Below, in pieces: positions 17,801 to 26,253 of a stretch of 51,500 nt of DNA. The DNA comes from an uncultured Opitutaceae bacterium (GTDB lineage Bacteria > Verrucomicrobiota > Verrucomicrobiia > Opitutales > Opitutaceae). Where the stretch lies: the NCBI GenBank assembly GCA_964526145.1, contig CAZGJB010000001.1, positions 1-51,500 on the forward strand, written 5' to 3'. Every line of letters starts with the position of its first letter. The first letter of the stretch is position 1. Position numbers and translations under genes: made by a program. The notes below the pieces were generated by a model, which searched no databases, was not told the DNA's origin, and was given only the letters and a program-made list of their open reading frames with translations.

Positions 17801-20112
17801 CTCGAATAAACGCCGGCGCTGCTGGTGATGGTGATAACGCCGGTGGTCGTGGGGTTAAGGCCGTTTGGCACCGTCGCGGTAATCCTGGTCGAGTTGTTGA
17901 TGCTGAATGCCGCATTGATGCCGTTAAACTGGACACTGGTCACCGCGTTGAGGTCAGTCCCCAAGATCACAACCTGGGCGCCGCTCCCGAGCGTCGTCGG
18001 CGAATAACTCGTGATCGTGGGCGCTGGTGGAGTATACGCGAATAGCACCGGGCTTGAAAAGGTTCCCTCAGCGCTCGTGATCGACAACACGCCGGTCAGT
18101 GTCGGCGCGAGGCCAGCAGGCACCGTCGCGGTGATTTTTGTCGGGCTATTGACCACATAGCTGGCGTTGATGCCACTGAACTGGACCTTGGTTACCGCGT
18201 TGAGGTCGGTCCCCAGGATCACAACTTGCGTGCCCACATTGACCGTCGTCGGCGAATAACTCGTGATCGTGGGCGGCTGGGCGATGGCCAGCGTGGTCGC
18301 GGCCTTCGCAGTCCCGTTGGCGTTGGTCACGGAAAATTCGTACGTGCCCGTGTCGGCTGGTTGGACGTTGGGGATGGAAAGGGTTGTGCCCGTCGCACCC
18401 GCCAAGGGCTGCCCATCTTTTGACCACTGATAGGTCATGGGGTATGATCCATTGGCGTACCCCTGGAAGGTAACGCTGGCGCCAACTGCTACGCGGGGAT
18501 TTTGCGGCGAGATGCTTGCGGTGGGGTTTGCCAGGATCGTCAACGCGACCGCATTCGAGATCACAGTCTGGCCGTTGGCCGATACAATCACATCGTAACT
18601 CCCAGAGTCTGCGACCTGGACGGGATCTATGTATAAGCGTGGACTTGTGGCGCCGGCGATGGGTGCACCGGCTTTTCGCCACTGGTAGGAAATCGGACCC
18701 GATCCGATCGCCCCCACGTTGAGCTCGGCATTGGTGCCGGCCAAGCGCCCCGTCGCCTCCGGCTGCATCAGAATCGCCAACGGCTGGTCCGCGGACGCGA
18801 CGATCACGTAATCAAACGTGACGGATGTGCTGGTGACGTCGGTGACGCGAAGGACAGCGTACTGGCCGTCCTCCGCCGCACTCAACCATGAGACATAGGT
18901 GTTACCAGCCACGATGGGTACCGCGTAACGGGTGTACCCCCCGGCCGTGGGGATCACGCTTCCGAGAGGCACGGTTCCCAGATTGCCCAAGGACTTCATG
19001 CCGCGCTGGCCCAGATTGTTGGACCAGAAGGACGGCGTTGGTGAAAACAGGACGCCGAAATCGGAAGCCTGCACGGGCCATGCCGTGGTGCCTCGGGCGA
19101 AACTGAAGTACGCCGCACCCATGGTAACGCTTCGAACCGGGTTGTCGCCGATCGAAAGCCTCACATAGCTAACCGAACTGCTGATTGCATTGGTGGCCAC
19201 CACCTCGTAGATGCCGGCGCTTGACGGCTCGACGACGGGGATAATGAGCCCGTCGGAGGTGGCTCCGGGAATATCCTGCTCATCTTTGCGCCACTGGTAG
19301 GTAAAGGGTGGCGTGCCGCGAACGTAGCTCTTGAATCCGACCCAGGAGCCGAGCGGTGCCGACCTGGCCTGGGGCGCGATCTCAACTCTGGGGTCCGGTT
19401 CCTTGTTGATCGAGGCGCTGTGCGAGGTCACGCTTTCGGCGCCCAGCGAGACAACGCAGTCGTAGTCGGCGATGTCGCCGGCCGATAAATTGGGAATGGC
19501 GAGGCGGTGGCTAGTTGCGCCGGGAATAGCCTGTCCATATTTGCGCCACTGGTAGCTGATCGGGCCGTTGCCCACGGCGCCCACATTGAGTTCCGCCGTA
19601 ACTGGGTATCCGGACATGACGTAGGTGATCGACTCGGGGTGCATTTTTATCGCCAAGGATACGTTGGCCGATTGCACGATTTCGTAATCCATGGTCACCG
19701 AATCGGTGGTGACGCCAGTCACGCGGAAGACCACATACTGGCCGCTCGCCGGGTCTTTGAGCCAGCTGACGTAGGTTTCGCCGACCACAACGGGGACGCC
19801 ATAACGAGTGAAAAAACCCGCTGTCGGAATCACGCTTGCTAGGTCGATGTTTCCCAGGTTGCCCATCGACTTAAGCCCGCGTTGACCTAGATTGTTAGCC
19901 CAGAAAATGGGCGGGGAGTTTCCGTCGGCGCCAGTCGAGAGGTACAGATCGCCGTACGCCAAAAATGCCTGCGCTCCGGATGCAAAGTCGAAGGAGCGAT
20001 TCGTTTCCAAAGTGACGGTCTGGACCGCGAATGTCGCGGTCGCGGAGGTGGCCAAGGCGAGGACACCAACGATCCAGGATTTGAGGAAGCGGCGGGTATT
20101 CATGGGATGCAA
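14890..20112 (-). CDS. Giant secreted surface protein (1,740 aa), multidomain
   Basis: Signal peptide MHPMNTRRFLKSWIVGVLALATSATATFA. Two copies of an unassigned module of about 110 aa. Five Ig-like units (xxYQWRK...G.Y). Six IPT/TIG-like units (PTITS.SP...G..V.I.G.NL...V.F.G). An ANDAF...YYIAVD segment resembles a pre-peptidase C-terminal (PPC) domain. Two YDG...TY.G..A.P.NAGSY units resemble MBG domains. The C-terminal region is Gly/Val/Leu-rich. Confidence 0.85.
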   Translation of the reverse strand: MHPMNTRRFLKSWIVGVLALATSATATFAVQTVTLETNRSFDFASGAQAFLAYGDLYLSTGADGNSPPIFWANNLGQRGLKSMGNLGNIDLASVIPTAGFFTRYGVPVVVGETYVSWLKDPASGQYVVFRVTGVTTDSVTMDYEIVQSANVSLAIKMHPESITYVMSGYPVTAELNVGAVGNGPISYQWRKYGQAIPGATSHRLAIPNLSAGDIADYDCVVSLGAESVTSHSASINKEPDPRVEIAPQARSAPLGSWVGFKSYVRGTPPFTYQWRKDEQDIPGATSDGLIIPVVEPSSAGIYEVVATNAISSSVSYVRLSIGDNPVRSVTMGAAYFSFARGTTAWPVQASDFGVLFSPTPSFWSNNLGQRGMKSLGNLGTVPLGSVIPTAGGYTRYAVPIVAGNTYVSWLSAAEDGQYAVLRVTDVTSTSVTFDYVIVASADQPLAILMQPEATGRLAGTNAELNVGAIGSGPISYQWRKAGAPIAGATSPRLYIDPVQVADSGSYDVIVSANGQTVISNAVALTILANPTASISPQNPRVAVGASVTFQGYANGSYPMTYQWSKDGQPLAGATGTTLSIPNVQPADTGTYEFSVTNANGTAKAATTLAIAQPPTITSYSPTTVNVGTQVVILGTDLNAVTKVQFSGINASYVVNSPTKITATVPAGLAPTLTGVLSITSAEGTFSSPVLFAYTPPAPTITSYSPTTLGSGAQVVILGTDLNAVTSVQFNGINAAFSINNSTRITATVPNGLNPTTTGVITITSSAGVYSSSILFTYTNAPTITSLSPSAGPVGRMVTINGANLAAPTSVTFGGAPVTATQIGSQTAWKVVVPPEAVTGPVVLTTINGSAVSPGVFTVTPAGTPPANDAFANASPISGSSGSTSGLNVFATAEPAEPSHTGGAVSRSVWLKWTAPESGPFAFDTRLSDFCTFLKIYTGTSVDSLVPVASSVTPTNTVAPRYMPAVLNATAGVDYYIAVDTFEGISGRYQVDWAKLANPTITNFSPKSAYFGQSIVISGSNFYPGISVTIGGQPVNPRYLNVSSPNNMVAGLPYGAVTGPITVSGLNGLATSADSVTVVSPPPPTITSLTPSSGAIGTRIRIGGTALSLTDALPQVRFNGLPALVEADSTIAILTYVPAGATTGRVTVQTSAGTGTSAIDFVVTSPVVTGFTPTTGRAGDAVVVTGANLGGTTAVTVGGVNAPFTINSPTQLTVVIPAGATSGRIEILTNTGSAQSAGDLAVVNDYPPSLLTVPPSQTVTVGDRVVLSVTVAGTAPFTYRWLKDGNPMPGGNASSLVIPSVLTADAGSYVVVVSNAVGVVQSPPAVLTVNKAVASVAISRVEAVYDGLPHPVTVTTDPSGLGAVITYAGAAAAPTNAGSYAVTATVDDPNYTGSANATLLIRKAAATVTLGNLSQTYDGTPRNVTVTTQPEGLTTIVTYDGSTAAPIFPGLYAVTAALDEPNYDGAATDTLSIGTTVLSRHPLKLSGTVDGSVQVLEAEAIALGGGASILEDLLVPGTPNVDVQGSALLGGILEGTGATRPPAYQIKLTGSALVRYIVTCVDPVAMPTVERPASPQGTLDLKISGKDPVNADFSAVRDLTVNGELAVVPLPPGNYRKVTATAQATLVLGTPNSTTASVYAFDSLTLAGSSTLRVAGPVILTVAGSFQVNGSAGEAGKPQWLAIKMTTGDLALDSGSKLSAEVIAPNGEVVLNGTAELTGKVICDRLTVNGGGHVVQQSPNL

Positions 20113-20523
20113 AGAAGCGGGATCGGCTCAGGTCCCGAAGCCGCCGAAGTCGTTCAATTCGGGAGAGTGAGTCTTCTGGCGACAAAACTCCCCTCCTGCA
20201 TCGAGCACGGGATTTGCGCTCATCGGGGAGTATCCTTTTTGGGGGTTAGGTAGCGGCTTAGCGCCTACTAGGGGACGACGCCCAGAGTTTCGTTGGCAGC
20301 TATTAGCCAATCAAGGGCGATCGCCTGTCAGTAATTGCTATTAGGCCGTTTACTTGAACCCCGTTGCGAGATGACGTGGCCAAGGCTGCGGTGCGTGTCT
20401 TCCAGGGCTTGGATCTCGTGCCGATCAGACCCCCGTTGAGGTCTAATTTACCTGCCTGCTCCAGCTGCGTGGGAGCTGGCCGCTCACCCGCGGCGAAAGG
20501 AGAACCTGACTTCCCTCGGGTCG

Positions 20524-20551
20524 CCCTGATTTTCGCTCGCGAAAATCAGGG
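20524..20551 (+). promoter_or_regulatory. 13-bp perfect hairpin 22 nt upstream of the hisC ATG
   Basis: ccctgattttcgc-tc-gcgaaaatcaggg. No T-tract follows. Confidence 0.4.
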
Positions 20552-20573
20552 GGCCTTCGTTCCATCGCTCCCC

Positions 20574-21671
20574 ATGAAATTGGAGTCCCTGGTCAATCCC
20601 GCGGTCCTGACGCAGCCGGTGTACGAGCCGGGCAAACCCATCGATGACGTGGCCCGCGAACTCGGGCTCGATCCCGCCGGGATCATCAAGCTCGCCTCGA
20701 ACGAGAATCCCTTCGGCCCCTCGCCCAAGGCCCTCGCGGCCGCGCAGCAGGCACTCCGGCAAGGCGAACTCTACCCGGACGGCGGGTGCTTCGCCCTGCG
20801 GCGGAAGCTCGCCGGGGTCTGGGGCCTCGCCCCCGAGCAATTCGTCATCGGCAATGGCTCCAACGAGGTGATCGAATTGATTGGCCACGCCTTCCTGCGC
20901 CCGGGCGACGAGGTCGTGATGGGGAATCCGGCCTTCGTCGTCTATAAGCTTGTGACCCTGCTCTTCGGCGCCAAGGCGGTCGAGGTCCCGCTCGTCAACC
21001 ACGGTCACGTCCTCGCGCACCTGGCGGCGGCCATCACCCCGCGGACGCGCCTCGTCTTTGTCCCGAACCCCAACAACCCCACCGGCACCGACAACCCCGA
21101 GCGCGACCTCCTGGCCTTCGCCCGGGCGCTGCCGCCGCACGTGGTCTGCGTGTTCGACGAGGCCTATGCCGAGTTTCTCGACAATCCCCCGGACCTCCGC
21201 CCCTTGATCGCCGAGGGCCGGAACGTCATCTGCCTCCGCACCTTCTCCAAGATCTACGGTCTCGCGGCCCTGCGGATCGGCTACGGTTACACGACCTCGG
21301 CGATTGCGGCCCTCTTGAACCGCGTCCGCCAGCCTTTCAACGTCAACGCGGTCGCCCAGGCGGCGGCCGTGGCGGCGTTGGACGACCGGGAGTTTGCCGA
21401 CCGCTGCCGGCGCGAGAACCACGCCGGCATGCGGCACCTGGCCGAGGGCTTTGCCCGGCTCAAGCTCGAGTACGTTCCGAGCGTGGGGAATTTCATTTTG
21501 GTGAGGGTGGGGGATGGCGCCCGGATCTTCGACGCCCTGCAGCGCCGCGGCGTCATCATCCGCCCGGTCAAGTCCTACGGCCTCCCTGAGTGGGTCCGCG
21601 TCACCGTCGGCACCCGGGAGCAAAACGAGCGCTTCCTGCGGGAGCTGGCGAGTCTGGTAGCTAGTACCTAG
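20574..21671 (+). CDS. hisC: Histidinol-phosphate aminotransferase
   Basis: 365 aa from the internal ATG at 20574 (MKLESLVNPAV...). Motifs SNENPFGPSP, GNGSNE and FSKIYGLAALRIGY (PLP-lysine context) are present. Confidence 0.85.
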   Translation: MKLESLVNPAVLTQPVYEPGKPIDDVARELGLDPAGIIKLASNENPFGPSPKALAAAQQALRQGELYPDGGCFALRRKLAGVWGLAPEQFVIGNGSNEVIELIGHAFLRPGDEVVMGNPAFVVYKLVTLLFGAKAVEVPLVNHGHVLAHLAAAITPRTRLVFVPNPNNPTGTDNPERDLLAFARALPPHVVCVFDEAYAEFLDNPPDLRPLIAEGRNVICLRTFSKIYGLAALRIGYGYTTSAIAALLNRVRQPFNVNAVAQAAAVAALDDREFADRCRRENHAGMRHLAEGFARLKLEYVPSVGNFILVRVGDGARIFDALQRRGVIIRPVKSYGLPEWVRVTVGTREQNERFLRELASLVAST

Positions 21672-21829
21672 CCATCAGCCCCCTAGTAAGAAATGTGTTG
21701 CCAGCACCTAACCCCTCTGGCTTGTTGCCTTTACCTATCAATAGATTGGTTCGTCTTCCCTTCGGATACCTCGAAAGCCGGGCGAATTCAGACCTTTTTT
21801 ACCACACACCACGCCAACCGAATCTGACC

Positions 21830-22933
21830 ATGAAAAAGCAAATCGCTGCAGTGTTGCTTGCCTCGAGCCTGACCCTGGGAGCCTCCGCGGCACCCTTTCT
21901 GGCTGCCGGTGACGGAGCCGAACTCTTCCTGACCGCCATGGTGGGTGTTCGGGCGGACGATAACATTTACCTGTCGAACGCCGCCACCGAAGATACGGTC
22001 TTCGACATCAACCCCGGTGTCGATTTCCAGTTCGGCAAGGGATCCCAGACTTCAGGTTCCTTCAAGGTGGTGGAGAGCATCTCCCGCTACTCGGACAACG
22101 ATCAGCTTAATGACGAACTCCTGACGGTTAATTTCAACAGCACCTACGACGACGGGAAGACCAAGTTCAACGTCGCCGCGAGCTACGCCGAGATCAACCA
22201 GAACACCTTTGACGTCCGCGGCCTCACCCGTCGTGACGCTACCAACATCAGCCTCGGTGGCGAAGTCTCCGTGACCGAGAAGTCCTCTGTCGGCGCCAGC
22301 GTCAAGTACAGCAAGACCGACTACGTACCCACCGTCGGTTACAGCGACCTGAAGACCACGGAAATTCCGGTCGATTACTACTACGAGCTCTCCCCCAAGG
22401 TGGACCTCTCGCTTGGTTTCCGCTACCGCGACACTGACAACCAGACGAGCCCCGACTCCAAGGACTACGCTTACCGCGTGGGCTTCCGCGGCGAGTTCAC
22501 CCCCAAGGTGAACGGCAGCCTGACCGCCGGTTACGGCACCCGTGAACTCGATCGCGGTGGTGAAGACAGCATGCTCGACCTTCAGGGCAACCTGAACTTC
22601 CTCCTCACCGAGAAAACAACCCTGCAGGTCAATGCCAGCAATGACTTTGGTAATTCCGCCTCGGGCGCCGAGCAGAAGACCTTCTCCGTCGGCGGCAATC
22701 TGAGCAGCAAGGTGACCGAGCAGTGGACGCTCCGCGCCGGCGCGACGGCCCGGAAGCTCGATTATTACACCCGCAAGGACGACTACATGGAGTTTACCCT
22801 CGGTGCTGACTTCAAGATGAACGACTACGTCACGGTCATCGGCTCCTACGCCTACCGGAAGTACGACTCCGAGCTCGCGGGTTCCGACTTCAAGGGCAAC
22901 GTCTTCAGCATCGCTGCCAATCTCCGCTATTGA
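21830..22933 (+). CDS. Outer-membrane beta-barrel protein of the EPS-locus type (BBP2-like)
   Basis: Signal peptide MKKQIAAVLLASSLTLGASA. Alternating amphipathic strands rich in D/N/S/T/Y/G. The C-terminal beta-signal ends ...FSIAANLRY. Confidence 0.65.
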   Translation: MKKQIAAVLLASSLTLGASAAPFLAAGDGAELFLTAMVGVRADDNIYLSNAATEDTVFDINPGVDFQFGKGSQTSGSFKVVESISRYSDNDQLNDELLTVNFNSTYDDGKTKFNVAASYAEINQNTFDVRGLTRRDATNISLGGEVSVTEKSSVGASVKYSKTDYVPTVGYSDLKTTEIPVDYYYELSPKVDLSLGFRYRDTDNQTSPDSKDYAYRVGFRGEFTPKVNGSLTAGYGTRELDRGGEDSMLDLQGNLNFLLTEKTTLQVNASNDFGNSASGAEQKTFSVGGNLSSKVTEQWTLRAGATARKLDYYTRKDDYMEFTLGADFKMNDYVTVIGSYAYRKYDSELAGSDFKGNVFSIAANLRY

Positions 22934-22960
22934 TCGGTTTGATCCTTGCGGTCGTATTAA

Positions 22961-23000
22961 AAGCGGAAGAATGACCTGCGGGTCTTCTTCCGCTTTTTTT
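22961..23000 (+). terminator. Rho-independent terminator
   Basis: aagcggaagaa-t-gacc-tgcg-ggtc-ttcttccgctt is followed by a T-run to 23000. It lies 28 nt after the barrel-gene stop. Confidence 0.7.
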
Positions 23001-23004
23001 CCTC

Positions 23005-23625
23005 ATGACGTTATTCACTCGTAGTCGCCTCTGTTTGGCATTTCTGGCCGCCCTCTGCCCTCTGTCCTCCGTCCTCCGCGCCGAAGACGCCGATTCCTCG
23101 GCCAAGGCGACGTCGACCAAGTCTGACTACGTCCTGCAGGCCTCCGATCTCCTCCGCGTGCAGGTCTTCCAGGAGGATGACCTCACCCGCGAAGTCCGCG
23201 TTTCCCAGGAATACACGATCGTGCTCCCCATGATCGGCTCGTTGGATATCCGCGGCAAGACCCTGCGCCAGGTCGAAGAGATCATCCACGACCGTTACGA
23301 TCGCGACTACCTCGTCAACCCGCAGGTCAATGTCATCGTCCTCGAGTACGCCAAGCGCACGGTCAACGTCATGGGCTCGGTGAACCAGCCCGGTTCCGTG
23401 CTTTTCCCTGAGGAGCAGGAAATGACCCTCCTCGATGCCATTTCGCGTGCCGGCGGCTTCAACCGCCTGGCCGATCGCAAGCGGGTCAAGCTCTCCCGCA
23501 CCCTGCCTGATGGCCGCACCGAGTCGACCGAAGTCAACACCGACGACCTGATCAAGAGCGGCAACACCAAGACCTTCGTCCTCCAGCGCGACGACGTGAT
23601 CTTCGTCCCCGAGCGCGTGCTCTAA
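23005..23625 (+). CDS. Polysaccharide export protein (Wza/GumB/EpsE-like; Poly_export + SLBB)
   Basis: It has a signal peptide. Then come YVLQASDLLRVQVFQEDDLTREVRV...G.L.IRGKTLRQVEE.I and ...VNVMGSVNQPG...LLDAISRAGGF. Confidence 0.8.
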   Translation: MTLFTRSRLCLAFLAALCPLSSVLRAEDADSSAKATSTKSDYVLQASDLLRVQVFQEDDLTREVRVSQEYTIVLPMIGSLDIRGKTLRQVEEIIHDRYDRDYLVNPQVNVIVLEYAKRTVNVMGSVNQPGSVLFPEEQEMTLLDAISRAGGFNRLADRKRVKLSRTLPDGRTESTEVNTDDLIKSGNTKTFVLQRDDVIFVPERVL

Positions 23626-23629
23626 ACCG

Positions 23630-25870
23630 ATGGAAAACGACCCGAAAGATACCAAGTCAACGAGCAGCGCCTACGGTTACCAGGGTGGCTACGGCTACGC
23701 CGGTTATTCCGCCGCCGGCTACGGCACCGAGGATGCCGGCAGCGTCGCGCACCGAACGATCAAGGACTACGTTCTGATTCTCAGGGAGCGCATCTGGTAC
23801 ATCGTTATCGCGTTCCTCGTCGTCTTCTCCTCCTCCATTATCTACACGTTCAGCCAGACGAAACAGTATGATTCCATTGCTTCGGTTCAGATCATGCGCC
23901 GCGATCCGACGATCATGCAGGTGCAGGCGGTCGTGGATAACGAAATCCGTTCGGCCGAGGACCTGAACACCCAGGTCAAGATCCTCGAGAGCGGGGCCAT
24001 TGTGCAAAAAGTGTCCGACCGGCTTTCGGGGGACGACCTTCGCCGGTTCCTGTCACCGTACGAGGGCGAAGAGGGCGCGACGGCACCTGTGCCGGCGAAG
24101 ATTCTGGCATCGAATCGCAAGATCGTCCCCCAGCGTCTCTCGCTTCTGATCCAGATCCAGTACCGCCATCCCGATCCGCAAGTGGCGGCTAAGATCGCCA
24201 ATCTGTTCGTTGACGAATATATCACTTACAACGCACGCATCCGCATCGACGAATCGATGAAAGCGGTCGAGGAGCTCAAGAGCCGGGCCGACGACCAGCG
24301 CAAGAAGGTGGATGAGCTCTCCGTCAGGCTACAGGCCTACCGGGAAAAGAACAACTTGGTGTCCCTCGATCAGCGCAAGGATATCGTCACCGAAAAGCTC
24401 AAGGCCCTGAACACCTACCTCACGCAGTCCACGGCCCGCCTCAAAGAGGCGGAAATCCGCTGGAAGCAGGTCCAGGAGCGCATCGTGTCCAAGGGGGATT
24501 TGACCGAGCTTCCCTTTATCAACGGCCAATCGAGCATCGGGCCCCTGCTCCAGCAATTGGCGGCGCAGAAGATCGCCACGGCCCAACTCAAGGACCGGTA
24601 CCGCGACAAGCATCCCAAGATGATCGAGGCGGCCAATGCGCTGGCCCAGACGGAGGCAGAGCTCAAGCGGGCCATTGATTCGGCGGCGGCGGCGATCGAG
24701 GCCGACTACCAGACGTCCCTCCGCAACGAACGTGAGGCCGCTGCCGCCCTCCGGCAGGCGGAGGCCGACTCCTTGGAGTTGGATCGCTATCAGGTCGAGT
24801 ACGCCAATCTGGAGCGCGATTTTAAGATCAACGAGCAGATCTTGGAGAATATCCTCGGCCGTGCCCGCGAAACCTCGATGACGAGCACGATCGAAACCCA
24901 GAACGCCCGCATCATTGACAAGGCCGCGCCGGCCGCGAAGCCCAGTACGCCTAAAGTCGCGCTTAACCTGGCCCTCGGGTTCTTAGGTGGCATCGGCTTG
25001 GGTTTGGTGTTCGCGTTTTTCGTCGCGATGATCGACGACCGGGTAAAGAGCTCCTTTGACATCGAGTCAGTCATCGGCCTGCAGTTAATGGGCGTCATCC
25101 CGCAGATCAAGAAACTGGAGCATTCTGAGAAGGCCCAGGTCGTGCTCAACCACGCCGACCGCCAGGTGGCCGAGGCTTTTCTCACGCTGCACTCGGCGTT
25201 GCGACTCAAGGATGAGAGCAAGAACGCCAAGTGCATGCTCGTGACCAGTACCATCCCCGGCGAGGGCAAGTCTTTCGTTACGACGAATCTCGCCCTGACC
25301 TTTGCCGTTCACGGCGAGAAGGTGATCATCGTCGATGCCGACCTCCGCAAACCGACCATCCACAAGGGCCTCAAGATCGAGAACACCAAGGGCGTGATCG
25401 ATGTCTGCACCGAGAAGCTGACTCTCGATGAGGCGATCGTACATGGTTTCCACCCCAATGTGGATGTCCTGCCCGCGGGCGGCCGGGCCAAGAACCCGAC
25501 GCATATCCTCAACAGTAAGCAGTTCGAACTGATGATCTCCGAGCTGCGCAAGCGCTACGACCGGGTCTTCATCGACACCCCGCCGATTGCAGCCGTGAGC
25601 GACTCGCTCATCATCCTCCCTCTGGTGGACGGATCGCTCTTCACGGTCTTCTTCAACAAGGTCCGCCGCAAGGCCGCCCAGTACGCCGCCGCGCGCCTCC
25701 TCAATTCCAACGTTCCCAGCTTCGGCGCCATCCTCAATGGCCTCAACCTGGCCGTCTCCGGCTACTACTACGCCCAGTACTACGACAAGTCGTACAAGGA
25801 CTACTACATCGCCAAGGCCTCAAAGGAAGAGCAGGACTACGACCGCGACCACGGCCCGACAAAGGCGTAA
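23630..25870 (+). CDS. Polysaccharide co-polymerase / tyrosine autokinase (Wzc/GumC-like, PCP-2a)
   Basis: 746 aa. It has a Wzz-like periplasmic coiled-coil region between 2 TM segments, the Walker A motif IPGEGKS, the motif VIIVDADLRKP, and a C-terminal Tyr cluster (SGYYYAQYYDKSYKDYY). Confidence 0.85.
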   Translation: MENDPKDTKSTSSAYGYQGGYGYAGYSAAGYGTEDAGSVAHRTIKDYVLILRERIWYIVIAFLVVFSSSIIYTFSQTKQYDSIASVQIMRRDPTIMQVQAVVDNEIRSAEDLNTQVKILESGAIVQKVSDRLSGDDLRRFLSPYEGEEGATAPVPAKILASNRKIVPQRLSLLIQIQYRHPDPQVAAKIANLFVDEYITYNARIRIDESMKAVEELKSRADDQRKKVDELSVRLQAYREKNNLVSLDQRKDIVTEKLKALNTYLTQSTARLKEAEIRWKQVQERIVSKGDLTELPFINGQSSIGPLLQQLAAQKIATAQLKDRYRDKHPKMIEAANALAQTEAELKRAIDSAAAAIEADYQTSLRNEREAAAALRQAEADSLELDRYQVEYANLERDFKINEQILENILGRARETSMTSTIETQNARIIDKAAPAAKPSTPKVALNLALGFLGGIGLGLVFAFFVAMIDDRVKSSFDIESVIGLQLMGVIPQIKKLEHSEKAQVVLNHADRQVAEAFLTLHSALRLKDESKNAKCMLVTSTIPGEGKSFVTTNLALTFAVHGEKVIIVDADLRKPTIHKGLKIENTKGVIDVCTEKLTLDEAIVHGFHPNVDVLPAGGRAKNPTHILNSKQFELMISELRKRYDRVFIDTPPIAAVSDSLIILPLVDGSLFTVFFNKVRRKAAQYAAARLLNSNVPSFGAILNGLNLAVSGYYYAQYYDKSYKDYYIAKASKEEQDYDRDHGPTKA

Positions 25871-25939
25871 GAATTGGTTATTGGTTATCGCTTATGGGTC
25901 ATTGGCATGGCCAGACCCGTAGGCCGCGAGCTCGCTCGC
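25871..25939. repeat. Half-copy of the heptamer/hairpin element, directly after the wzc-like stop
   Basis: GAATT is followed by 5 heptamers at 25876-25910: ggttatt ggttatc gcttatg ggtcatt ggcatgg. Then comes the conserved CGTAGGCCGC and the hairpin gcgagc-tc-gctcgc at 25926-25939. Confidence 0.75.
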
Positions 25940-26253
25940 GCCCTGAAGTGCCCGGCCGACTCTGAGTCAGGCTGAAGATAGCCACTCGCATATGCTCGTA
26001 GCCACAGAGCACCTGTGAGCTGGCAGCCAACAATCCGGCCCTCACCGGCGCAGATCTGGCACTAACCTATGACGAGGTGAGCCACTCCGAGAAATACCTG
26101 CGTTCAACCTATGCCCACAAGGTCAGTTTGAAGCAGGCGGAGGAGTTCTCCAGCTTGAGGCCGGCCAACGTACGCCGGGCGGCTGTTGGGTACCGAGACA
26201 ATTCAGTTCAAATTAAATTGAATTTTAGGAAGCGCGTGTCACAAACGCGGCAA

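Noticed and set aside
20128-20310. 60-aa ORF in the divergent region between the giant gene and hisC. I also considered a possible tRNA-like segment near 20225-20290.
   Set aside because: The ORF has no coding signal or motifs. I could not fold a cloverleaf with the conserved T-loop or D-loop residues.
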